A stretch of DNA of 64,000 nucleotides from a bacterium. GTDB lineage: Bacteria; Bacillota; Limnochordia; DTU080; RSA5. Positions 22,317-30,832 of this stretch are shown here, piece after piece. The notes under the pieces were generated by a model. It saw nothing but the letters and a program-made list of their open reading frames with translations. It was not told the DNA's origin and did not search any database. The position numbers and the translations under genes were made by a program. Positions within the stretch are counted from its first letter, which is position 1. Each line of letters begins with the position of its first letter. Location of the stretch: positions 1,602 to 65,601 of the forward strand of contig PKEU01000137.1 in assembly GCA_002919195.1 (NCBI GenBank), read 5' to 3'.

Positions 22317-22608
22317 TGACCGCCACCCCTCGCTCCTCGGGCTTGAGGCCCCGCACATTGTGGACGTGAACATGCTCACCCGGCTCGATGTCGGCCGTCG
22401 CGATCCCCATCCGCTCGCCGTACTTGATCACCGGCTCCCCCGCTCGGATCGGCCGGAGAGCGACTTTGTGCCCGTACGGAATGGCCTGCCGCGCCAGCGT
22501 CACCGGCTCCTCGCCTTCGGCTAAAAGCACCGGATCCCCGGGAGCAAGGTCCCGGACCAACACGGCCACCGAGTCGTCCGGGTGCATCCGCAAAGCGTTC
22601 ATCGACAA
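22309..22608 (-). CDS. UxaA-family hydrolyase small subunit (SAF domain).
   Basis: 99 aa with a SAF/AFP-like N-terminal domain as found in split altronate dehydratases. It is translationally coupled to the large subunit. Confidence 0.65.
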   Translation of the reverse strand: MSMNALRMHPDDSVAVLVRDLAPGDPVLLAEGEEPVTLARQAIPYGHKVALRPIRAGEPVIKYGERMGIATADIEPGEHVHVHNVRGLKPEERGVAVNG

Positions 22609-22632
22609 CTCCCCTTTTCTTGGAGCGCTGCG

Positions 22633-23760
22633 TCAAAACGACGTCCAAAGCTGCGAGATGGCAAACTGACCGAGCCTCTCCCGCTCAGCGACGCAAAGCT
22701 CGCCGGACGCCACATCCAGGAGCCTCCGCAAGATGCGCTCTGCTTCCAGAGAGGTATCCTCGCTTTCCACCCGGTGGTCGACAAACTCGTCCAGCGCGCT
22801 CGTCCGCTCCGCCGCCGGCGCCACCACCACGCTGGGTGAGGCGATGCTCCCTGCGAAAAGACCGCGGCTTGCGGCGACGAGGATGATGTTGGCTCCTCCC
22901 GCGACCAGCCCGGTCATGGCTTCCACCGGATTTTGAGAGACTGTCATGAGGTGGAGCCCTGGGCCGCTGGGGCGCTCGGCGTACGCGACGACGCTCGCCA
23001 CCGGGGCCGAACCGCTCAAAGGCAGCTCCTTCTCCGCGCGGGCCCGTTCCTGATCGGAGTAGGGGCGGACCACTCGATCGCTCTGGCTTGCTTCAAGCCA
23101 CGCCTTTCGGGTCAACCCTTCCGCGAGCTGGGCAAGGCGCTTTTGGGCATCGCCGGTCACGGCCCGGTCGATCAGGGCATCGGCCCGAGGGGCCATGGCC
23201 CCTGAGACGCCTAAGATGACCCGGGCGCCCGCGGCGACGAGCCGGTCGATCACCGCGCCCACCGCGGGATAGACCGCACGGTACGCTCTCTCGTCGGCTT
23301 CGACACCCAGCACACCGACGCAGAGGCCCTCCGCCCCCTGGAGCGTTCGGCTTTCGGCCTCCCGGTCTTTGGCAAACCTCTCGACGATCTCAATCCCCAA
23401 ACGGCGCACGACATCGCTGCCGCCAGCTTCTTGAATCCCTAGCACCTCGATGGGCTTTCGCGCCGGGATATGTTGGGCCAAAACATCCGCTTGGTTGGTT
23501 TCGCACCCCAGTCCTACGAGCAAAACGGCGCCGATGTTGGGATTTGCTGCGACCCCTGCCAGGGTTCGTCGGGTCTGACTCAAGTCGTCCCCGACCTGCG
23601 ATCACCCAAAGGGATGGACAAGCGCGACGGCTTGAGGCACTTCATGGGCGATCTCCTTGACCGGCGTCGTGGAGCAGATCACCGAGGCCATCACGCCGAC
23701 GAAGTTTCGCGTTCCCACTTCTCCGTTTTCGCGCAGGAATCCCCAAAACTCTAATTTCAT
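22633..23760 (-). pseudogene. Second UxaA large-subunit paralog interrupted by an in-frame TGA at 23602-23604 (pseudogene or recoded).
   Basis: The N-terminal 52 codons from ATG 23760 (MKLEFWGFLRENGEVGTRNFVGVMASV...HPFG) and the downstream 316-aa ORF are in the same frame. Both align colinearly to the 21150..22316 paralog. The TGA aligns with a Tyr in that paralog. Confidence 0.5.
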
Positions 23761-23811
23761 TGCGCACACCTTTCTTTTCCGGGGCGACCGTCCTTTGTCT
23801 TCCTCAAGAGC

Positions 23812-24357
23812 TTATTGATCCTCGCCAAGGGCCGGTGCATCGTCAAACTCGCGGCCTGCGGCCACCTCGTCGACCAGCGCCGGCGGCTCGGCGTCCACCT
23901 CCTCCACGCTGCTCACCAGTTGATCGATGCGACGGAGAAACTCCTCGGCAGCCCTCCCCACCGCCGCGCGAAACTCCTGGGCGTCCCGGCGGAGCCGCGC
24001 CGTGCGGACCGAGGCCTCTCGAGCCTCTCGCCGGACGTCTTCGAGAAGCTCCTGGGCCTTTGCGCGCGCCTCCTTCAACGTCGCCTCGGCTTCCTTTCGC
24101 GCCGCTTCCTTGAGGTCGTCCGCCGTCCGTTGGGCCAGCGCCAGGGTCTCTTCGATCTGGCGCTCGGTGCGGGAGTACTCGTCGATCCTTGCCTCGAGTT
24201 CCTTGATCCTTTCCCGCAGTCGCTCATTTTCACGATAAAGGGTTTCATACTCCCCGACGACCCGGTGCAAAAAGGCGTCGACCTCATCGGGGTTGTACCC
24301 TTTCCATACCCGCTTAAACTCTGCCTGGAGTATATCCCTGGGCGTGAGCACCGCCAT
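23812..24357 (-). CDS. divIVA: Cell-division protein DivIVA.
   Basis: The N-terminus MAVLTPRDILQAEFKRVWKGYNPDEVDAFL is followed by a coiled coil. It occupies the dcw-cluster position. Confidence 0.8.
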   Translation of the reverse strand: MAVLTPRDILQAEFKRVWKGYNPDEVDAFLHRVVGEYETLYRENERLRERIKELEARIDEYSRTERQIEETLALAQRTADDLKEAARKEAEATLKEARAKAQELLEDVRREAREASVRTARLRRDAQEFRAAVGRAAEEFLRRIDQLVSSVEEVDAEPPALVDEVAAGREFDDAPALGEDQ

Positions 24358-24362
24358 CCCCC

Positions 24363-25157
24363 TCAGACGTAACGCTTGAGTAACAGGCTGATCCTTCCCT
24401 TGCGCGTGGTCCCCTGGACCTCTTCGACCACGACCCGGCCCCTGCCCCGGATCGAGAGGGTATCGCCTTGAGCGACGCTGTGGGCAGGGTCCCGCACAGT
24501 CTTCCAGTTGAGCTTGACCCTCTCCCCTTTGATCTCGCGCGCCATGCGGGTCCGGGAGACGCCGAACCCTAAGCTTGCAACGGCGTCGAGCCGCAGAGAA
24601 GCGACGGTCGCCCGGATCTCTTTGACCCGTTCCGGCGGGACTTCGAGCCGCTCCGGATCGATCCGCTCCACCGTGACCGGTATTTTCCCGACGTGGGTCA
24701 GGTGAGTCAAAAGAAAATCGGCGACCTCCACAGCGACGACCGCCTGGAAGCCCCGGCTCGTGACGATGATATCGCCCACCTTGTCCCGCTCGAGGCCCGT
24801 GCCCAGGATCGCGCCCAAGCAGTCCCGGTGACCGGCCCCGTCAAACTTGCTTTCCAGCGTAAGATCAAGCGCCGCGATCGGCTCATCAAACTCCTCATGG
24901 GAGTCATATTCGGGAAAGATCAAAAGGCGCCTCCGCTCAGCCTTGGGATAGCCGCCGTACGCCCTATAGGAGACTTCAGGAATCGACCCTAAAATGGACT
25001 GGGCAATCTTTTGCCCTAGAGGATCGAGGAAATCGCTCGCCAGTGGACGATCGTCGCGGAGGGCCCGCTCGGCAAGGTCGACCAGGCGAGCTCCGATGGC
25101 CCGCTCCTCTGCGCCTTGGAGGTGTAAGAGAAGCCGCTCCCTATCCATCGTCCTCAC
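24363..25157 (-). CDS. ylmH: YlmH-type S4-domain RNA-binding protein.
   Basis: C-terminal S4 domain. It occupies the position between yggT and divIVA. Confidence 0.7.
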   Translation of the reverse strand: MRTMDRERLLLHLQGAEERAIGARLVDLAERALRDDRPLASDFLDPLGQKIAQSILGSIPEVSYRAYGGYPKAERRRLLIFPEYDSHEEFDEPIAALDLTLESKFDGAGHRDCLGAILGTGLERDKVGDIIVTSRGFQAVVAVEVADFLLTHLTHVGKIPVTVERIDPERLEVPPERVKEIRATVASLRLDAVASLGFGVSRTRMAREIKGERVKLNWKTVRDPAHSVAQGDTLSIRGRGRVVVEEVQGTTRKGRISLLLKRYV

Positions 25158-25417
25158 AGCCCCACCCCGATCAAGAGCCGGACCACGAAGTTGCCGACGA
25201 TGCGCAACACGATAAAGACGATGATCGGGGAGAAATCGAGCCCGCCCGCCGGCGGGATCAGCTGCCGGGCCGGCCGGAGCACCGGTTCGGTCACCCGGTA
25301 GAGAAAGGAGATGATCGGGTGATCGACGTCAATGCGAAGCCACGAAAGGATCAGCCGGGCAAAGATCACCCATCCATACAACTCAAACAAGGTCCTCACT
25401 AAAGGCGAGAGCAGCAC
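25154..25417 (-). CDS. YggT-family membrane protein.
   Basis: 87 aa with 2 TMs. Its position matches that of B. subtilis ylmG. Confidence 0.7.
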   Translation of the reverse strand: MLLSPLVRTLFELYGWVIFARLILSWLRIDVDHPIISFLYRVTEPVLRPARQLIPPAGGLDFSPIIVFIVLRIVGNFVVRLLIGVGL

Positions 25418-25418
25418 G

Positions 25419-26234
25419 TCAGGACGTCCCCTCTCCGAGTTGTCGTGAGCGCCGGGCCGCTTGGCGCACCGCTTCCCGCAAGGCGCCGCGCACCCCGCTG
25501 GTTTCGAGGACGCCCATCCCCTCCGCGGTAGTCCCCGCAGGGGAGATCACGCGATCTCGCAACACCGCCGGGTGCTCTCCCGTCTCCAGCATGAGCTTGG
25601 CCGCTCCCAGCACGGTCTGCGCCGCCAGCTCCAGCGCCACGGCCCGGGGCAGCCCCTCGGCCACCCCACCGTCGGCAAGGCTTTCGATGACCGTCAGCAC
25701 GTAGGCCGGGCCGCTGCCCGAAAGGCCCGTGACTGCGTCCATCAACGCTTCGTCCACAAAGACGACGCGCCCCGTGGCCTCGAGGATCGCCGCCGCCTCT
25801 TGGGCGTGCTCCCGGGTGGCGTGCCGCCCCTGGCAGACGGCGGCCGCGCCGGCGCCCACCACACAGGGTAGGTTGGGCATCACCCGGACCACGGGCACGC
25901 CCGCGGGCAAAAACGACTCGATCGTCGCCGTCGAGACGCCAGCCATGATCGAGACGACGGTTTTCCCGGCGTCCAGCTGGCCGCCGATCTCGCCCAAGAC
26001 GTCCGCCGCGTGCTGCGGCTTCACCGCGAGCACCAGCACGTCGGCGAAGGCGACGACCTGCCGGTTGTCGTGCGTGACCCGGATGTGGTGTTTCTTGGCA
26101 ACCGCCTCCCGCCGGGCTTCGCTCACGTCGGACGCGATCAACCGCTCCGCGGTCACCAGCCCAGAGCCAAGGACACCGGCGATGAGGGCTTCAGCCATCA
26201 TGCCGGCGCCGATAAAGCCTATGCGCCGCTCCAT
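25419..26234 (-). CDS. proC: Pyrroline-5-carboxylate reductase.
   Basis: The N-terminus reads MERRIGFIGAGMMAEALIAGVL. An internal ATG at 26234 overlaps the sepF stop (TGATG). Confidence 0.8.
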   Translation of the reverse strand: MERRIGFIGAGMMAEALIAGVLGSGLVTAERLIASDVSEARREAVAKKHHIRVTHDNRQVVAFADVLVLAVKPQHAADVLGEIGGQLDAGKTVVSIMAGVSTATIESFLPAGVPVVRVMPNLPCVVGAGAAAVCQGRHATREHAQEAAAILEATGRVVFVDEALMDAVTGLSGSGPAYVLTVIESLADGGVAEGLPRAVALELAAQTVLGAAKLMLETGEHPAVLRDRVISPAGTTAEGMGVLETSGVRGALREAVRQAARRSRQLGEGTS

Positions 26235-26698
26235 CAGGAAAAGATCTCCTCCTCGTGCCACGAACGGGCGGTTTCGGCGTCGATGGTGACGTTGACCGGG
26301 GCAAAGAGGAAGATCTCCTCCCCGATGCGGTGCACTTTCCCGTCCAGCGCGTACGTCGTGCCGCTCATAAAGTCGATGATTCGCCGGCAAAGGGGTTTGT
26401 CGACCCCTTCCAGGGAGAGGATCACCGGCTGGCGTTCTTTCAAGTGGTCGGCGATCTGCTGCACTTCCTCGTACGACCGGGGCCGGATCACCGAGACGCG
26501 AAACTGCCCGCCGGCCCGGTTGGGACCGGGGAGGCTGACCAACCGCCCCCGTTTCGGCGACTCGGAGGACGCGGCTTGAGCGCGGGGGGGTTCAATCGGT
26601 TCGGGGAGCGGCTTTTCCGGCTCCTCAGCCACTTGTTCTTCTTGGATTCCCATAAACTGTAGGATCCTGTCCAAGAACCGGCGTTGCTGTTGTGACAC
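26234..26698 (-). CDS. sepF: Cell-division protein SepF.
   Basis: Conserved C-terminal SepF domain (VILSLEGVDKPLCRRIIDFMSGTTYALDGKVHRIG). A GTG start at 26698 follows GGAGGG. Confidence 0.8.
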   Translation of the reverse strand: MSQQQRRFLDRILQFMGIQEEQVAEEPEKPLPEPIEPPRAQAASSESPKRGRLVSLPGPNRAGGQFRVSVIRPRSYEEVQQIADHLKERQPVILSLEGVDKPLCRRIIDFMSGTTYALDGKVHRIGEEIFLFAPVNVTIDAETARSWHEEEIFS

Positions 26699-26793
26699 CT
26701 CGTGCGCCCTCCTTGAAACCGGCGAGGATCCGGCGGCCAAAGGCGCTGGCCTCGCCGGCGCGGCGGATGTTCCCCCGGATCAGCGCGCCAAGA

Positions 26794-27486
26794 TCACGTG
26801 CGCGGCCCAAAGATGGCGCTCCCCACCCGGATCATGGTGGCGCCCTCTTCGATCGCGATGGGGAAGTCGTTGCTCATCCCCATGGAAAGGTGCTCCATCG
26901 ATACGCCTGCGATATTTGCTTTTTCGATCTCTTGACTGAGGCTGCGCAGCGATGCAAACACCCAGCGGATCAGGCCGGTGTCGCCGGTCAAAGGCGCCAT
27001 CGTCATCAGTCCCCTGACCCGCAGGCCCTCGACCTCGGCCACCTGCTCCACCAGCTCCAACGCCCTTTCAGGAGCCACGCCGTGTTTGGTCTCCTCTCCC
27101 GAGACGTTGACCTGGATTAAACAATCGATCGTCCGCCCTTCCCGCTGGGCCCTCTTGCCCAAGGCTTGGGCCAGCTCGATGCGGTCGAGGGAGTGCACCC
27201 AGTCAAAGAGGCCTGGGATGTAACGGGCTTTGTTGGTCTGGAGGTGGCCGATCAAGTGGCGGACGACGCCCGCCGGCACGTGGGGAAACTTGTCCCGTGC
27301 CTCTTGCACCCGGTTTTCCCCGATGTGCTCGACGCCGGCGGAGATTGCGGCCTGGATCACGTCGGCTGGGATCGTTTTCGTCACCGCGATCAGCGTCACC
27401 TCAGCCGGGTCGCGCCCGGCACGCGCACATGCCTCAGCGATCGTCTCTTTCACCCTCGCGAGGCGCTCCGCGATCAACTCTTTCAC
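26794..27486 (-). CDS. YggS-family pyridoxal-phosphate homeostasis protein.
   Basis: The Lys-containing motif IAVTKT is present together with an alanine-racemase-N-like fold. A GTG start at 27486 follows GGAGG. Confidence 0.8.
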   Translation of the reverse strand: MKELIAERLARVKETIAEACARAGRDPAEVTLIAVTKTIPADVIQAAISAGVEHIGENRVQEARDKFPHVPAGVVRHLIGHLQTNKARYIPGLFDWVHSLDRIELAQALGKRAQREGRTIDCLIQVNVSGEETKHGVAPERALELVEQVAEVEGLRVRGLMTMAPLTGDTGLIRWVFASLRSLSQEIEKANIAGVSMEHLSMGMSNDFPIAIEEGATMIRVGSAIFGPRT

Positions 27487-27582
27487 CCAAACGGCCTCCA
27501 CACACAACTTATCTCGGTATTCGGCAACGGCGACACCGCTCCTTCACACAGGCCTCGCGCCTCGAAAAAGCCAAACCGCTGT

Positions 27583-28848
27583 TTAGCGGGTCCTAAGGCG
27601 CGACGGGTTGACGACGACCCGGGCGCCCACTGGCACGCCGACGACCCCATCGACCACGGCCTGGCGCTCGTTGGCCCCTAAGACCCTGACCTCGCGAAAG
27701 ACGGGAGTGTCGCCAGCCAAGATATAAACGCCCTTCTTTCCCCTTTCCTCAACAATGGCCGAGCGGGGCACCACGATCCCCTCCCGCCGTTCGGTCGTGA
27801 GGATCACGTCGGCTTCCCGGCGGTGGATGAGGCTGAAGTCAAAGGCGTCGAGCTCGACTCGCCCGTAAAACTCGCCGTCGACGGTCGTGCTTTCGACCAA
27901 GCGGCCCGAAAAACTCCGCTCGGGGATCGAGCGGAAATCCAGGATCACCCGGGTGCCCGGAGCCAGAGCCGTCCCTTTGACCCGGATCGCCACTTCGACA
28001 CGGGCCGTTTCCACGACGCGAAAAAGAGGATCCCCACGTTCGACCCGCGCGCCGTCGGCCAACCGCTGCTCTCTGCCGGCTTTTTTCGCAAAGAGCGTCG
28101 CGGGATTGGCCCCGGGGATAAACTCGTCTTCGAGCCCGTCGATGGCAAAGCTGATCATCCCCGCTGACGGCGAACGCACCAGGGTCCTGTCCCCCGGACG
28201 GAGCGAAAGCAGCGCCTCGCGCTGAGAAAGGAGTTCGCGCCGCTCTTGCTCCTCCATGCGGTCGAGATCGGCCAGGGCCTGGTCGATGCCGGCCAGCTCG
28301 CGCTCGATGGCCTGCCTGCGGCTTTCCGCATCACGCGCCGCCTCGGTTTCCCCTTTCGCTAAGGCCTCGCTCAGTACTTGCCGCGCGTCGGCGAGCCTGC
28401 GTTGGACCTCTTGGCGGAGCAACAGGAGGCGGCCCCGCTCGGCGGCCAAAGCCGTCCCCGTCTGCGCGAGCCTGCGGTTGATCTCCTCCACCTGCCCAAG
28501 GGAACGGGCTGCCTGCGAGGTCTCGCTCAATTCGACGATGACGTCGCCCGTGCGCACGTGGCGGCCTTCGCCCACCAACAGCGTGACGCGCCCCGGCAGA
28601 GGAGCATACACGACGTGTTCGTTGCGGAGAAAGACGGCTTTCCCCTCGTAACGGGTCTCCACGGAGCCATAGACCGCCTCGGCCGTCCGCAGCCCTAAAC
28701 GAAAGAGGGCGCGATCGCCCTTGCTCGCTGCATACCAGAGAAGAAGAACCGCCAGCAGGATTTGTCCTACCAGCTTTAAACGGGGAAAATCGCCGCTTTT
28801 GGGGCGGTCGCTTGCGGCCACTGCTCTTCCCTCTCCCTCAAGGCCCAA
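27583..28848 (-). CDS. HlyD-family secretion/membrane-fusion protein.
   Basis: N-terminal TM, then a long coiled coil, then a beta-barrel C-terminal region. This is the typical architecture of periplasmic adaptor subunits. Confidence 0.55.
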   Translation of the reverse strand: MGLEGEGRAVAASDRPKSGDFPRLKLVGQILLAVLLLWYAASKGDRALFRLGLRTAEAVYGSVETRYEGKAVFLRNEHVVYAPLPGRVTLLVGEGRHVRTGDVIVELSETSQAARSLGQVEEINRRLAQTGTALAAERGRLLLLRQEVQRRLADARQVLSEALAKGETEAARDAESRRQAIERELAGIDQALADLDRMEEQERRELLSQREALLSLRPGDRTLVRSPSAGMISFAIDGLEDEFIPGANPATLFAKKAGREQRLADGARVERGDPLFRVVETARVEVAIRVKGTALAPGTRVILDFRSIPERSFSGRLVESTTVDGEFYGRVELDAFDFSLIHRREADVILTTERREGIVVPRSAIVEERGKKGVYILAGDTPVFREVRVLGANERQAVVDGVVGVPVGARVVVNPSRLRTR

Positions 28849-28911
28849 GCGCTTTCCGGTTAGCGTTTCACGCTCCTTTCATTCGACGGCGCGTGATACC
28901 GTCCTTGCGCG

Positions 28912-29712
28912 CTATGACCGGCCTACGAGCCACAGCGCAAGGAGCCCGGCAAGCCAGGTGTAGACGGCAAATCCTTTGAGCGAGCCGCTTTTCAAGAAAC
29001 GCAAGAACAGGGCGATCGACGCGTACCCGGCCAAAGCCGCCGAGGCGGTGCCGGCTAAGATGGGAACGCTGGCCTCCATCCCGTTTTCAAACAGCGAGGG
29101 AAGCTCGATCAAGGTGGCGCCCAAGATCGCTGGAATCGCCAGCAAGAAGGCGAAACGGGCCGCCCCCTGCCGGTCAAATCCCCGCATGAGACCCGCCGCC
29201 AAGGTCGAGCCGGAACGGGAGATTCCGGGCAAGATCGCGAGCGCCTGCCCGCAGCCGATCCAGAGGGCGTCCGAAAGCGTGGGAATCGTCAAGGACGAAC
29301 GATCGCGCCGCTCCGCGGCCCGGTCGGAAAACCAGAGGATGGCTCCGGTGACGAGCAGCATCGCCGCGGCGAAACGGGGCGCGGCGAAGAGCTCCTCCAC
29401 CTGGTCTTTCAACAAAAGGCCGGCCGCCGCCACGGGAAGGCTGCCCACTAACACCGCGAGAAATCGCTTCCTTCCTTCTTGCTTGTGCTGCGGATGACCC
29501 AGCACACCCAGGAGGATGGGGTACCAGTCGTCTTTGAGCGCGACGAGCACCGCGATGAGGGTGCCAAAGTGCACCATGATGTCAAAGGTCAAGCTCTCCC
29601 TGGGGACGTCAAGGAGCGCCCCCGCGATCACCAGGTGGCCGGAGCTGCTCACCGGCAAAAATTCGGTGACGCCCTGTACCAGACCGAGCACGATCGCTTG
29701 CCAAATCGTCAA
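28912..29712 (-). CDS. uppP: Undecaprenyl-diphosphate phosphatase.
   Basis: The N-terminus reads MTIWQAIVLGLVQGVTEFLPVSSSGHL, which is the BacA/UppP signature. Confidence 0.85.
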   Translation of the reverse strand: MTIWQAIVLGLVQGVTEFLPVSSSGHLVIAGALLDVPRESLTFDIMVHFGTLIAVLVALKDDWYPILLGVLGHPQHKQEGRKRFLAVLVGSLPVAAAGLLLKDQVEELFAAPRFAAAMLLVTGAILWFSDRAAERRDRSSLTIPTLSDALWIGCGQALAILPGISRSGSTLAAGLMRGFDRQGAARFAFLLAIPAILGATLIELPSLFENGMEASVPILAGTASAALAGYASIALFLRFLKSGSLKGFAVYTWLAGLLALWLVGRS

Positions 29713-29834
29713 CGCAATGCCCCCTTTACGGACAGCTCAACGACTTTGGCTCGATTCCCCGCTGTCCGCTTCACTCCTGCAACGTATCTCAGACGTTCTC
29801 TCAAGGCGCGGCTTGCCCATTGAAGGATCGATCG

Positions 29835-30785
29835 CTAGTCGCGGCCGGAGCGCTCCTGGTCTCCGGCAAGGCGCGCGATCCTATCGACAAAGGGCAGCGC
29901 CACGGCGACGGTGATGACGTTGAACAGAGTGTGGGCGTGGGCTACTTGCCTTCCCGGGGCTACGGCCAACCCCGCGAGCCACGGGGCGAGGTACGGCATG
30001 AAGACTAGGGCGATGAGGGCTCCCAGGAGGTTGAAGCCCAGATCGAGCCAGGCGGCCCGGCGGGCGAGCGGACCGCCCGACAGGCTGGCTAAGATGGTCG
30101 TCGTCACGGTGCCTATGTTGCTCCCCAGGGTCGCCGCGATCGCCGCACGCACCGGAAGGACGCCGGCATCGGCCAGGCCCACTAAGAGACTGGTCACCGC
30201 CGAGCTGCTCTGGACGACGGCGGTCAACAGCGCGCCCGCGGCCAGCGACGCCCCGTCGCTCGCTTGAGCGGCCGCCAGAAAGGCTCCGAGCCCCGACGCC
30301 GCGCCGAGCTGGGCGAGAGAGCCGCCGAGGGCCCACAAGCCGTAAAAGAGTCCACCGACGCCCATCAGCGCTTTCCCGCCTGCGTGGATGCCGGGACGTG
30401 GGACCCACTGCAAGAAAAAGCCTGCTACAAGCAGGGGAAGGCCCAGATCACCGAGCCCCAAAGCGACGATCTGGCCGGTGATGGTCGTGCCGACGTTAGC
30501 GCCCAAAATGACGGCAAAGGCGTGCTTCAGGCGCAGCACCCCCGCCGCCACCAAGCCGACGGCCATCGAGTTGGTAGCGCTGGAGCTTTGAATCAACGCC
30601 GTGACGAGAAAGCCGAGGAGCGCGCCCTGAAGAGGATGGCCGGTGGCCCGGCGCAGCCACGGGCCCACCCTAGGCTGGAGCGCTTCCAAGCTCTCTTTTA
30701 GAAGGAAAAGGCTGCAAAAAAAGATCGCCAGCGCGACCAAGACAGCGAAGAGAGACAACAAGAAAGACACCCCTTCCATCAACAT
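29835..30785 (-). CDS. Na/Pi-cotransporter family protein (short form without a PhoU-like domain).
   Basis: It has two Na_Pi_cotrans repeats (QSSSATNSMAVGL and QSSSAVTSLLVGL). Confidence 0.7.
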   Translation of the reverse strand: MLMEGVSFLLSLFAVLVALAIFFCSLFLLKESLEALQPRVGPWLRRATGHPLQGALLGFLVTALIQSSSATNSMAVGLVAAGVLRLKHAFAVILGANVGTTITGQIVALGLGDLGLPLLVAGFFLQWVPRPGIHAGGKALMGVGGLFYGLWALGGSLAQLGAASGLGAFLAAAQASDGASLAAGALLTAVVQSSSAVTSLLVGLADAGVLPVRAAIAATLGSNIGTVTTTILASLSGGPLARRAAWLDLGFNLLGALIALVFMPYLAPWLAGLAVAPGRQVAHAHTLFNVITVAVALPFVDRIARLAGDQERSGRD

Positions 30786-30832
30786 CTACGGGAAGGGGTG
30801 TCCAGCTAGACCACGGTTGGAAGGATGAGCTT

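Noticed and set aside
20007-22319. Long plus-strand ORFs (20007..21116 and 21120..22319) and minus-strand alternative-frame ORFs (21178..21858).
   Set aside because: They are opposite to, or in alternative frames of, the Gfo/Idh/MocA and UxaA genes. Those genes have clear family signatures; these ORFs do not.
29730-29834. Short GC inverted repeat (GCCGGAG...CTCCGGC) between uppP and the Na/Pi transporter.
   Set aside because: Stem only 6-7 bp, with no U-tract on either strand. Not distinguishable from background GC palindromes.
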